Below are positions 1-11,108 of a DNA stretch of 64,000 bases, piece after piece. Every line of letters begins with the position of its first letter. The first letter of the stretch is position 1. Source of the DNA: Octopus vulgaris (Eukaryota); the NCBI GenBank assembly GCA_951406725.2, contig OX597830.1:43772001-43836000 (forward strand), given 5' to 3'. Under the pieces are notes generated by a model. The model did no database searches, had not been told where the DNA came from, and saw only the letters and a list, made by a program, of their open reading frames with translations. The position numbers and the translations under genes were made by a program.

Positions 1-759
1 CTTCGCAGCTGACTCTCACTCTACAGGCAGCACTCCTATACATCACTTGAACAAGTCATTGTTACTGCATGTATTTATGGCTTGTAATAACTCATTAAGA
101 ATGGGACCGCGTGCGATTGTATTCCCTACACAATACGACCGCATGTGGTCCTGTTTTTACACTTCCTTAAGTTAAGTGATGACAGAGCAAGGAATTCTGT
201 CAAAGGCTTTCTCTAGACTTTTAGCTGTCTCATTAGCTGTCTAACACACATGGGCATGCCTACACAGTTGCTATGTTCTGAGTTCAAATTCCTCCAAGGT
301 CGACTTTGCCTTTCATCCTTTCAGGATCAATGAAATAAGTACCAGTTACGCACTGGGGCTGATGTAATCGACTAGCTCCCTTCCCAAGAAATTTCAGGCT
401 TTGTGCCTATAGCAGAAAGGATTATATACATGTCACTAGTTTTATTAGCCAGGGGTAAAGAGGTTGAAGAAGGACTGGAATTCAGAATGTGGAGGGTTGA
501 GACTAAATGATGCAAGGAATGTAGTCTGGTGCTTTGCTTCTTCTTGCCACTCATTTCACCATTTTCATGTTAAATGAAAGGATAGTTTCCAACATGAGCA
601 AAAGGGGAGAAAATTTAGTGGGAATGAATATGGTCAACAAAACTGACCCCCACTGCATCAGTAGCAGTTTTGTTATTCCCCCACCCCACCCCCACCATCC
701 CTTCTCAAAGGAGTAAAAATGCAAAACTGACCTCAGCTGGATTTGAATGTAAAAGTGAC

Positions 760-1180
760 GTATTAAAATGCTGCAAGATTGCTTCCCTGGGCATGAACAC
801 ATTGAAGCTCCAATGCCTGGCAACTGACTCGGTAAACACCCAGAAAATTATTAACCATCACACCAACAACCACCTTGAGCACCTTTTTGAGCTCCATGTG
901 TCTAATACATGTGGGCATGCCTACAAAGTCAGAAAACAGCACAGCTCCCATGACTTTCAGAAAAATTTTTTTCTCACTCAGATTTGCTGAAGCATGGAAC
1001 AAACTACCTGCATCAGTTGTTAGCTGCCAAGATATTGCATCCTTTAAAACCTCCATGCTTCCCGAAATTCAGCAACACTACACCTGATATCCCCACCCAA
1101 TACACATGCACACATGTATATCATGACTCATACATTGTTCTCTTTCCTGACTTTTCTACATAATTCTATGTACTGTACGT
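760..1180 (+). mobile_element. CR1-type LINE 3' fragment
   Basis: Similar to the 3' end of the 2254-5019 ORF (HLFELHVSNTCGHAYKVRKQ; AEAWNKLPASVV). Confidence 0.9.
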
Positions 1181-1185
1181 GGATT

Positions 1186-1320
1186 ATAATCACCTTCTCT
1201 GCAACTTTCGTTACCTGGTCCAACAGTTTGATACCTCTGTAATAGTTTCAAAGGCATTTCCTTTACCTCCGTAGCAGCTGACAACAATGCTGCTACACCT
1301 GTCATTGGGTGTCACACGGA
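1186..1320 (-). mobile_element. Short RTE fragment
   Basis: Resembles the NYRGIKLLDQV region of the other RTE copies. Confidence 0.65.
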
Positions 1321-1579
1321 CACACACATATATTTCCACACACACACACACACACACAGAATAAGCGAAGTTGTATGAGCAAAAATATTGTACATAATTT
1401 AAGAGTATTTCAGTTCTTTCAAGGAATCCCCCAAATGACACAAGAACAATAACTTTCTGCCAAAGTATACTTGTTCACATGTGTGTGAGTGAGTGAGTGA
1501 GAGAGAGAGGAAGAGAGAGGGAGAGAAGGAGAGAGAGAGGGGGAGAGAGTGAGGGAGAGAGTGAGGGAGAGAGAGAGAC

Positions 1580-1614
<35 letters not shown>

Positions 1615-2182
1615 CAGAGACAGAGAGAGAGGCTCTGGAACTTAACCCACATTTCCCAGTCTTGTGCATTGACTCCAGTATTTTCAAGGCACAACACTTT
1701 TCTGAAACCTCAACGATATATCTCGGTTATTTCCCTTCCATTGTCTACGGTCACACAGATGTTTTTCTTTTTTTTCTTTCTTTCTTTTTTTTCCAGTTTA
1801 TTGATAAACAACACTAGCTGGGAGTCTTTCGGCAGTCAAAGGATTTGCTAGAAAAATACCGTAAAATCTTCTTCAGATCATTTAAAAAAGGTGCAGGCAT
1901 GGCTGTGTAGTTATAAGTTTGCTTCCTAACTGCAAGTCTTCAGGCTCAATCCCACTGTGCAGCATCTAGAGCAAGTGTCTTCTGGCACCAAAGCCTAGTC
2001 AGTGGATTTGATAGACAAAAACTGAAAAAAGCCCACGGTACATACATACATACATACATACATACATACATACATACATACATACATACATACATAAATG
2101 GAGTTAAACGCAGGTGTTATTCAAATTCTTTTATTTCGACACATGTTTCGAAGATATCACTGGTATTATTCGAAAGGAATAA

Positions 2183-5114
2183 TAATAATAATAATAATAA
2201 TAATTGTGTACAGTGCTCAGGTGCACTACAACTCATCTAAAGTGTATATATAATCAGGTGTAGTTTCGGCGGATTTCGGAAAGCATGAGGGCCTTAAAAG
2301 ATGCAGTGTCATGGCAGTCAACAACTGACGCAGGCAGTTTATTCCATGCTTCAGCAACTCTGAGCGTGAAAAAATGTTTCCGAAAGTCATGGGAGCTGTA
2401 TTGTTTTCTGACTTTGTAGGCATGTCCACGTGTGTTAGACACATGGAGATCAAAAAGGTGTTCAGTGTTGTTGTTGGTGAGGTGGTTGATAACTTTGTGG
2501 GTGTTTACCAAGTCCGTCGCCAAACGCCGGAGCTTCAGTGAATCCATGCCCAGGGAAACAAGGCGCTCAGAATATGGTAGGTGTCTGATGGAGGGTATGC
2601 GTTTGGTTGCACGTCTCTGGACAGATTCCAGGAGGTCAATGTTCTGTGCAAGATAGGGGTTCCAAACTGATGATGCGAATTCCAAGTGTGGTCGTACCAT
2701 AGCTGTATACAGTTTTAAATAGATGGCTGGAGAGCGGCTAACAAAAGACCTGCTGAGTGATGCCAAGACACCCTCGGCCTTCCTGACAATCTTAGAGATA
2801 TGCTTTGACCAACGCAAATCACTGCTGACAGTGATACCTAGGTCACGCTCGCAAGAGGATTTCTTGATATCAGTGTTGTGGAGGGAGTATGTGAACGCAG
2901 GGTTTTTTCTCCCAAAATGCATGGTGGTACACTTGTCCACAGCCAGTTTCAGTTGCCAGTCTGTGATCCATTGCTGCATTGTGTCTAGGTCTGATTGCAG
3001 GAAAGAGTTGTAGACATCAGGATCTGTCCTCTTGATTTCAAGGTACAGCTTGATGTCGTCTGCATATTTCAATACTGTGGCATTCTTTAAATTGGCATCT
3101 ATGTCGTTAATGTATGCCACAAACAAGAGGGGACCAAGGACAGATCTCTGTGGTACACCCGATGACATCTCATATGGTGTAGAGTGCTGTCCTAGAACTG
3201 TGACTACCTCCTTTCGGCTGAGGATGAAGGATTTCAACCAGTTAAAAAGGTCATCCCCCACACCCATTGCAGAGAGTTTCACCATAAGCCTTTTGTGTGG
3301 CACAGAGTTGAAAGCCTTAGCAAAGTCAAGGTAGACAACATCCACCCATGAGCCACTGTCAGTAATCTGAGTAATGTCCTCGAGGAACTCGACAAGCTGG
3401 TCACTGCAGCTGGAGTTAGGGACAAATCCATATTGTGAGGGTCGGATGAGACTGTGAGAGCTCCAGAAGTTCCAGAGTGTTTCTCTGACACACGATTCCA
3501 TCAGTTTTGCAATACAGCTAGTGAGACTGACTGGGCGATAGTTGACAGGTGATGTGCGGTCGCCCTTTTTGAACAGAGGAATGACACTGGCAGTTTTCCA
3601 CTGCTCCGGAGTAGCACCATTGTTGAGACAGTACTGGAAGAAAATAGAAAGCTGGTGTAAAAGGAAGTGCCTGCCACGTTTGAGAAGCAGGTATGTAACT
3701 CCATCGAGACCAGGGAAGGCATAGTTGCGCTTATTTTGAAGGTGACGTCGCAGCATTGCAGGTGTAAATTCCATAGTTGTTATGGAGTTTGCTGTTAGTG
3801 ATGGTGAAGATGGTACATTTTGATTTTCAACAGTGAATATGTTTGCATAGCACTCGGCAATGAGTTCTGCGCATTCCTTGGGGTCGTCAGTGATCTGGTT
3901 TGTGTGAGGGTTGCGAAGAGGGCCCACTGGAGAGTGAGGTCTCTGCTTTGAGTGCACATATTTCCAGAAAACCTTGCTGTCAGGATTGGCTGCTATGCAC
4001 TGTTCAAATTCAAGCACTACTTTTTTTGTCACTTGCTTGAGATGGTTGGAGGATTTATTCCGCTTCTTCCTGTTGGTGTCTGATTTATGCAACCTGTATT
4101 CCCGTTCAGCAGTCCGACGTTCCCTCCTGGCAAGTCGGACCGCTGAAGTTTCCCAAATTGCCCTTTTGGGGCGGTTCTTCTTTTTTTGTTTACGTGGCAC
4201 TGATGCTGCACATGCTGCCCATATTGAGTCCAGGATACTCTGGAGTATAGTATTCACATCTCCAGAGTTGTAGAATTCACGCCAGTTTGGGTGCTGTAGT
4301 TCAGTGTGGTACAGGTTCCAATCTGCTCTCTTCCAATCGAAGGAAGCAGATTGGAGATGGTTCAGGTTTTTGTTGCCCGCAAGAGCCAGATTGGCGATGA
4401 TCATAGCATGATCAGAGTCACCTAGAGGTTCCTCCGTAGTGCAATTGATAACTGCTTCAGGAGTTGTGGTGAAGAGCAGGTCCAATGTGTTGTCGCCTCT
4501 TGTTGGAGAGGTGACTACTTGTGACCAGTTTGAGTCCAGCACAAGCTCAACAAAATCGTTTGCACTCTGTGGCCAATGGAAGGTCTCCCAATCGATCTCA
4601 GGATGATTGAAATCGCCTGCAATAAACACATAAGTGGCTGTTTTCCTGGCAGCAGCTCGGAGGACATTGCAAAGCTGTGTGTCCCGATGGTAACTTGGGG
4701 GACGATAAACAACGCCAAGCAGGAGTGTTGACATGGTCATACGCACGTCACAGAAAAAAACTTCTTCTTGTGATTCGTTCAAATCGGCACAAGGAATTAC
4801 CAAAAAATTTGAACGAACGTAGACCATCACACCACCACCACGGCGGTTAGTGCGGTCCTTACGGAAGAGGTTGTACCCCGTAATGTTGAAAACCCCATCA
4901 CAGAGTAAGGAATGCGCCCATGTTTCCGTGACAGTGATGAAGTCAGGGTCAACACTTCTGACGTAGGCGTTGAACAAATGTATTTTGTTGCATAAACTGC
5001 GAGCATTTAAGGACAACAATTTGTACCCTGCTCACAGTTTATGATGGTGTGTAGAGGATGGCAGGTTGTTCTGGCTTAGTTTCCCTGAGTTGCTGTAGTC
5101 TTTTTAGTTATTTT
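2183..5114 (-). mobile_element. 5'-truncated CR1-type LINE with (TTA)n tail, inserted into a palindromic element
   Basis: Microsatellite tail at about 2178-2204; only the last codons of ORF1 (ggaaactaa) remain; aataa on both flanks is a possible TSD. Confidence 0.9.
2254..5019 (-). CDS. CR1/L2-group LINE ORF2 (APE endonuclease + reverse transcriptase), 921 aa
   Basis: APE motifs (LNARS, VTETW, GDFN, LDLLF, SDH); RT motifs (NYRPVSLT, LDFAKAFNSV, GVPQRSVLGP, YADD); PHLEF...WNP C-terminus typical of CR1. Confidence 0.95.
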   Translation of the reverse strand: MLSLNARSLCNKIHLFNAYVRSVDPDFITVTETWAHSLLCDGVFNITGYNLFRKDRTNRRGGGVMVYVRSNFLVIPCADLNESQEEVFFCDVRMTMSTLLLGVVYRPPSYHRDTQLCNVLRAAARKTATYVFIAGDFNHPEIDWETFHWPQSANDFVELVLDSNWSQVVTSPTRGDNTLDLLFTTTPEAVINCTTEEPLGDSDHAMIIANLALAGNKNLNHLQSASFDWKRADWNLYHTELQHPNWREFYNSGDVNTILQSILDSIWAACAASVPRKQKKKNRPKRAIWETSAVRLARRERRTAEREYRLHKSDTNRKKRNKSSNHLKQVTKKVVLEFEQCIAANPDSKVFWKYVHSKQRPHSPVGPLRNPHTNQITDDPKECAELIAECYANIFTVENQNVPSSPSLTANSITTMEFTPAMLRRHLQNKRNYAFPGLDGVTYLLLKRGRHFLLHQLSIFFQYCLNNGATPEQWKTASVIPLFKKGDRTSPVNYRPVSLTSCIAKLMESCVRETLWNFWSSHSLIRPSQYGFVPNSSCSDQLVEFLEDITQITDSGSWVDVVYLDFAKAFNSVPHKRLMVKLSAMGVGDDLFNWLKSFILSRKEVVTVLGQHSTPYEMSSGVPQRSVLGPLLFVAYINDIDANLKNATVLKYADDIKLYLEIKRTDPDVYNSFLQSDLDTMQQWITDWQLKLAVDKCTTMHFGRKNPAFTYSLHNTDIKKSSCERDLGITVSSDLRWSKHISKIVRKAEGVLASLSRSFVSRSPAIYLKLYTAMVRPHLEFASSVWNPYLAQNIDLLESVQRRATKRIPSIRHLPYSERLVSLGMDSLKLRRLATDLVNTHKVINHLTNNNTEHLFDLHVSNTRGHAYKVRKQYSSHDFRKHFFTLRVAEAWNKLPASVVDCHDTASFKALMLSEIRRNYT

Positions 5115-5552
5115 AATAAAATGGTGTAAAACAATGTAATCTTCTCTTCAGGCTACCTTTGATGTTATATCCTATAACGTTTTTTTGAAACAAACTTAAT
5201 AGAGTTCACTTAATCACTATACATATCCATCATTTTCTGTTAAAATGTCTTATTGATGAGTTTCATTTCTTCATTTTGCTGAAGAGAAGATTACATTATT
5301 TTACACCATTTTATTCCTTTGGAATAATACCAGTGATATCTTTGAAACATGTGTCAGAAGTAAAAGAATTTGAATAATACCTGTGTTTAACTCCATTTAT
5401 TTATTTATATATATTATACAAAATATTTCCCTTAAACCAGAAGTCATTACATTTAAAAACAAGATGTTACAACCTTTTTACTTGTGTGATTTTTTGCTAT
5501 CCTGGTAATTATTTATATATTTTTCTGTGTTAATTGTTAACAAGGGAAAAAT

Positions 5553-5618
<66 letters not shown>

Positions 5619-6428
5619 TCTTTACACTTTTACTTGTTTCAGTCATTTGACTGCAGCCATGCTGGAACACCGCCTTTAGTCGAACAAATCAACCCCAGGA
5701 CTTATTCTTTGTAAGCCTAGTGCTTATTTTATCAGTTTCTTTTGCCAAACCGCTAAGTTACAGGGACGTAAACACACCACCATCAGTTGTCAAGCGATGT
5801 TGAGGGGACAAACACATACACACGCATACACACATATATATATATACATATATACGATAGGCTTCTTTCAGTTTCTGTCTACCAAATCCACTCGCAAGGC
5901 TTTTGTTGGCCTGAGGCTATAGTAGAAAACACTTGGCCTAGGTGCCACGCAGTGGGACTGAATCCTGAACTATGTGGTTTATAAGCAAGCTACTTAACAC
6001 ACAGCCACTCCTATGCCTATCATCATCATCGTTTAATGTCTGCTTTCCATGCTAGCATGGGTTGGACGATTTGACTGAGGACTGGCGAACTAGATGGCTG
6101 CACAAGGCTCCAATCTGATCTGGCAGAGTTTCTACAGCTGGATGCCCTTCCTAATGCCAACCATTCTGAGAGTGTAGTGGGTGCTTTTACATGCCACTTG
6201 CACGAGGGCCATTACAGCAGTATTGGCAACGGCCACACTCAAATGGTGTTTTTTACATGCCACCTGCACAGGAGCCAGTCCAGCAGCACTAGTGACAACC
6301 TCGCTTGAATGCTTTTTCATATACCACCATATATATATTTATATATATAAGCTAATTGTGTGTATGTATGTAAATATAAATATATATATTATAATGGAAT
6401 AATTACTATTAAGCTTAGTGTAGAAGAT

Positions 6429-6728
6429 ATTGTATAATGGATTGTATGTAAGGCCAAACAGTGTAAAGTAAAAGCAAGGCAAATCCCAAGAAAACAAATA
6501 TATGAATTAATGTAGACTTATCCTGAATTCAATATTTCAGGGTTATGACCCCATTTTCAAGAAATGAACAAATGTTGCTGATGAGTGTTAGTTTCTCGAA
6601 AATGCGGTCATAGCCCCAAAATATTGAATATAAGGTAAGTCTACATTAATTCATATATTTGTTTTCTTATGATTTGCCTTGCATTTACTTTGCACTGTTC
6701 TGGCCTTACCCACAATCCTTTATACAAT
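6429..6728. repeat. Fold-back element, ~140-bp arms, short spacer
   Basis: Arms are imperfect reverse complements; centre contains ctgatga...cgaaa...ggtc. Confidence 0.85.
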
Positions 6729-7203
6729 GTATATATATACCATCATCATCATCGTTTAATGTCCGTTTTTCATGCTGGCATGGGTTGGACGGTTCGACTG
6801 AGGTCTGGGAAGCCAGGAGGTTGCACCAGGCTCCAATCTGATCTGGTAGTGTTACTACAGCTGGATGCTCTTCCTAACACCAACCACTCTGAGAGTGTAG
6901 TGGGTGCTTTTTATGTCCCACTGGGTCAGGGGCCAGAGGAGCTGGCATCAACCACGAATGGATGGTGCTTCTAAAAAAGCTACCAGCACAGAAGCCAGGC
7001 AAGGCAGCGCTGGCATCGGCCACGTTCAGATGGTGCATTTTGTGTGCCACCGAAATAGGGGGGCACAACTACAATTTCCATTTGATTTTCGTTTTGATGT
7101 TGATGCACTTGACTCAATAGGTCTCCTCAAGCATGGCATGTCACCCTACGATCCAAGGTACTTTTGAGTGGGCTGGTTATGTGACACTGGTGTAGGTTAC
7201 AGC

Positions 7204-7257
<54 letters not shown>

Positions 7258-7272
7258 GACAATCAGTTAGTT

Positions 7273-7336
7273 GTCATAATAATACTCAGAGTTTCAGATG
7301 CCGGGGCTGAAAGACATCCTCATCAGTTATTAAGAC
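7273..7336 (-). ncRNA. Type I hammerhead ribozyme, canonical core
   Basis: GUCUUAAUAA-CUGAUGA-GGAUGUC...GGCAUCU-GAAACUCUGAGUA^UUAUUAUGAC. Confidence 0.85.
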
Positions 7337-8327
7337 CTTATGTTTTAATAACTGTGTTATCTTCGAGGATCAGTTTATGCATGCTATGGCTCAGTAAGTA
7401 TTCATGGGACCTGCAGAGCTTGTTCAGATGAACCAAAATTTGGACAATTGATATTTGGGACATTCAAGGTTTTACTGTATTTGATTTTGTGTGTGTGTGT
7501 GTGTGTTCATCACTGTCTCGTTGCCTTGACACAGCAGGGTAATTGTAAATGCATGTCACCATCATGCAAACCGTATCCTTTGTTTCTAATCTTCCATGAA
7601 AACATGTCTGGCCATGAGGAAATATTACTTGAATTGAATATAAGGAATGCATTTGGCAGCAGGAAGAGCAACTGGCTTGGAGAATTTGCTGCAACAAATC
7701 CCATCTGACCCAATGCAAGCATGGAAAAGAAGATGGTAAAATGAAGAAGATGATGATGACGACAACGATGATGATGATGATGATGATGGTGAATAATGTA
7801 GTCTTAGGTGCACTTAGTCTGTAAAAAGAAAGGGCAAGATGGTCATGGCTGGAAAGCTTCTAATTATATCTCTGCTTTGATCATGAGACTTCCTGTTAAA
7901 TGATAACAATTGATCTTAAAATACAAAAGTACAATGTTATCAGTGACACTTGTGAAATAGGAGAAGGAAAAAATTATTCTCTTTGCTCTCATCCAGAGTT
8001 TTAAAGCAATTATGTCAAATAAAAAAAAAGTCATTATCATATGTGTGTGTGTGTGTGTGCATGTGGGGTCAATCACATTGTCATCTGAGTATCTTGTAAA
8101 ATGAGATGCAGATAATTCTTCTGTGTCAGGGGACTTTTGTGCAAAAGTGACTGCAAGCATGGCAGTGTGGTTAAGGAAGCTTGCTTTTCAGCTATGGTTG
8201 TGGGTTCAATCCCTCTGTGCATCCCCTTGGGTAAGTGCCTTCTACTATAGCTCCAGTCTGACCAAAGACTTGTTAATGAATTTTGTAAAGAGAAATTGTG
8301 TGTAAGCCCGTCGTGTGTGTATGTGGG

Positions 8328-8372
<45 letters not shown>

Positions 8373-8626
8373 ATGTGTGTGTGTGTGTTTGTCCCCCATA
8401 CACACACACACCAACACCACTACTTGACAACTGGTGCCGGTGTGTTTGTGTCCCTGTAACTTAGCAGTTTGGCAAAAGACACCAACAGAATGAATACTCT
8501 GCTTAAAAATAAATAAATATTGGTGTTGATTCATTCGACTAAAAACACTTTAAGGTGAAGCTCCAGCATGGCCACAGTCTAATGACTGAAACAAATAAAA
8601 AAATAAAAGAAAAATAACAATCTCAC

Positions 8627-8794
8627 CATCTTTCATTGTTAATTCTTTCAAGTGTAAATGGATTTCATAATTGTATTCTTTGTTTGGAATCTTTCTGATG
8701 ACCCAAACACAGTCATACGATGCAGAGTCGATTGGGGATAATCCGTAGAAAGATATCGCACCTCCAACGCTGGCAGGGAAAGTAGCACTACAAT
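8627..8794 (-). CDS. Multi-CUB-domain protein exon (CUB3 N-half: DCSATF...GGAISF...YDCVWVIR...IHLHLKELTMKD)
   Basis: CUB C...G-x-I-S...C-x-W-x-I motif; ttccag acceptor, gtgaga donor; phase 1-1; domain is incomplete so the gene continues leftward. Confidence 0.85.
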
Positions 8795-9029
8795 CTGGAA
8801 AAAGAACCAAAACAAATAAAAGACATTAGATTTCTTTGGAAATATTTCTTTTAATGGGAAAAGCAACACATACAACAGATAGTGGAACACGAAGAGAAGA
8901 CATCATCATCATCACCATCATCATCATTTAATGTTCATTCTCCATGCTGGCATGGGTTGGACGGTTTGACAGGAGCTGACCAGCTGAAGGGCTGTTCAGG
9001 CTCCCTGTGTCCATAGTCTGCACTGGGTA

Positions 9030-9575
9030 CACCTTATGGAGTTTCTTCCAAAACCTTTTCTACATACTGAGCAGGGCCATCTCCTTGAAGGAATCTGCAA
9101 TTTGTCTGTTTTGCTGCTTATCAATATTTCAGTCTTTGCTAAATTAACTCTAAGACCCTTTGATTCCAGACCTTGCTTCTATACCTGAAATCTCTTCTCT
9201 AGTTCTGGTAGTGATTCAACAATAAGAACAAAATCATCAGCATAAAGGAGCCCCTAAGGGCAGCTAGTCTTATATTCCTCAGTTATAGTTTGGAGAACTA
9301 AGATAAACAAGAGGGGGCTAAGAACCGAACCCTGGTGGACTCCTACTTGTACATTAAACTCTTTGCTATACACATTGGCAACCCTCACTTTACTAACAGC
9401 ATCTAGGTACATGGCTTGTATGGCTCTCACTAACCACTCATTTATCCCTAGCTTCTGTATTGACCACCAGATAAGGGAGCAAAGGACCCTGTCAAAGGTT
9501 TTTTCCATGTCAGCAAAAACCAGAAACAGAGGTTTATTTTTGGCCATGTATTTCTCCTGTGGCTGCCTCACCAGT
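9030..9575 (-). mobile_element. RTE LINE internal RT fragment
   Basis: DMEKTFDRV...GVHQGSVLSP. Confidence 0.85.
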
Positions 9576-9707
9576 GTCATGTTTGACAATTTACATCACA
9601 ACTGGAATAACCATGAAATTTCATTTTATTGCAAAAGATTTAAAGACATTAAAATTCCAAGCAAGTTATAAAAGATTCAGCATTACTGTTGAAGGAAATA
9701 AAATCTA

Positions 9708-11018
9708 TTAGGTTGGCAACTAAGTTCCCACTGTTTTTTAAATTTAAATTTTTTAAATGGATTAATAAAAAAATAGCAACTAGTTAATCAATAATGTATT
9801 TACCCTTGTTGTTTACAACTTCTTCCCAACATTCAACAGGATTCTCAATACCTTGTTGGTATTGAAAATCACCCAATTTCAACCTGAAAAATCACCCAAT
9901 TTCGACCCAAAAAATTGATCCAACCAAGCTCTCAATTCTGCGTCAGTATTGAATGAAACTCCGTGCATAGCATTTGAAAGAGATTAAAAGAGGTGGAAAT
10001 CCATTAGTGCCAAATCAGGAGAGTACGGCGGGTGTGGCAGCACTTCTCAGCCATGCGTTTGAATGGCTTCCTCAGTCATATTGGTGATATGAGGGCAGGC
10101 GTTGTCGTGCAGCAGAACTCCATGCTGACGATTAGGTCTTTTCTCCTGAATAGCCATGTTGAGTCATTCCATCTGTTGAACATAGAGTTCCACGTTGACC
10201 ATTTGGTTCCGTTCAAGCAATTCGTAATGGATAATCCCTTCCCAGTCGCACCATACGCACAAAATCGTTTTACGCGGATGAAGATCTTGTTTCATGCGCG
10301 GTGTCACTTGTTTACCGGGGCTAAGCCATTCCTTACGCTGCTTCATATAGATGTACAGGCACCATCTTTCGTTGCCAGTAATAAGTCGGTAAAGAAATTG
10401 TTGCTTGTGTTCATGAGTTGAGCAGTAACGAACAAGCAAACCAGCGGAGATTGTGGCTCGTTGATTTTTGTTGTTGTCACTTAAAGCATGCAAAACCCAT
10501 GCTCCATACTTTTGAACCTTTCCCATCGAGTGAAGATGCTTCTCTATAGCAATGTGGGAGCATTCCATTTTTTCTGCCAGTTCCCTTGATGTTTGATGAG
10601 AATTTTCATACAAAAGTTGGTTTAATCACTCTTCATCGAACTCAACAGAACAGCCAGAATGAGGTGCATCTTTGAGGTCAAAATATCCATTTTTGAACTT
10701 GGCATACCAATCACGAGCGGTTCTCTCAGCTATGGCACCCTCTCCATACACAGCACAAATGTCACGAGCATCTTTTGTGGCCTTAGAACCTTGATTAAAA
10801 GCAAAAAGAAAGAGGTGTCGAAAATGCTTGTTTTTCTTAACTTGACATTCTATTTTAATGATCTGAAAATAAACAAAAATTAACTAAAATTAACTAGAAA
10901 AAAATAGATTCTAAAATAATTCAAAAATAGAATTCTCCAAAAAAATAGATTCCAAAATTTAAAAATGCAATAAATTCCAAAATTTAAAAAAACCACAGGA
11001 ACTTAGTTGCCAACTCAA
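9708..11018 (-). mobile_element. Full-length (~1.3 kb) mariner element, degenerate transposase
   Basis: TIRs ttaggttggcaactaagttcc / ggaacttagttgccaactcaa with TA TSDs; WVLHAL (WVPHEL), ITGNERW and YSPDLA motifs; frameshifted. Confidence 0.95.
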
Positions 11019-11081
11019 TAGTTATATGCTGTGAGAAGCAACATTTCTGTAAACAAATGAGATAAGAATATTTACACCTAC

Positions 11082-11108
11082 CAAGTTTAGTATTGTCTTG
11101 AATCTTTT
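11082..11108 (-). CDS. Candidate 27-nt microexon (EKIQDNTKL), linker between CUB2 and CUB3
   Basis: Polypyrimidine acceptor ttttgatatttttcag, donor gtaggt, symmetric phase 1-1, no stop. Confidence 0.45.

Larger units (their letters stand above)
2094..5400. repeat. ~370-bp fold-back element split by the LINE; uninterrupted relative at 29078-29392
   Basis: 2094-2182 plus 5115-5151 is the reverse complement of about 5279-5400. Confidence 0.85.

Noticed and set aside
1215-1300. Apparent AG..GT exon that might continue the CUB gene
   Set aside because: The sequence matches the RTE RT region
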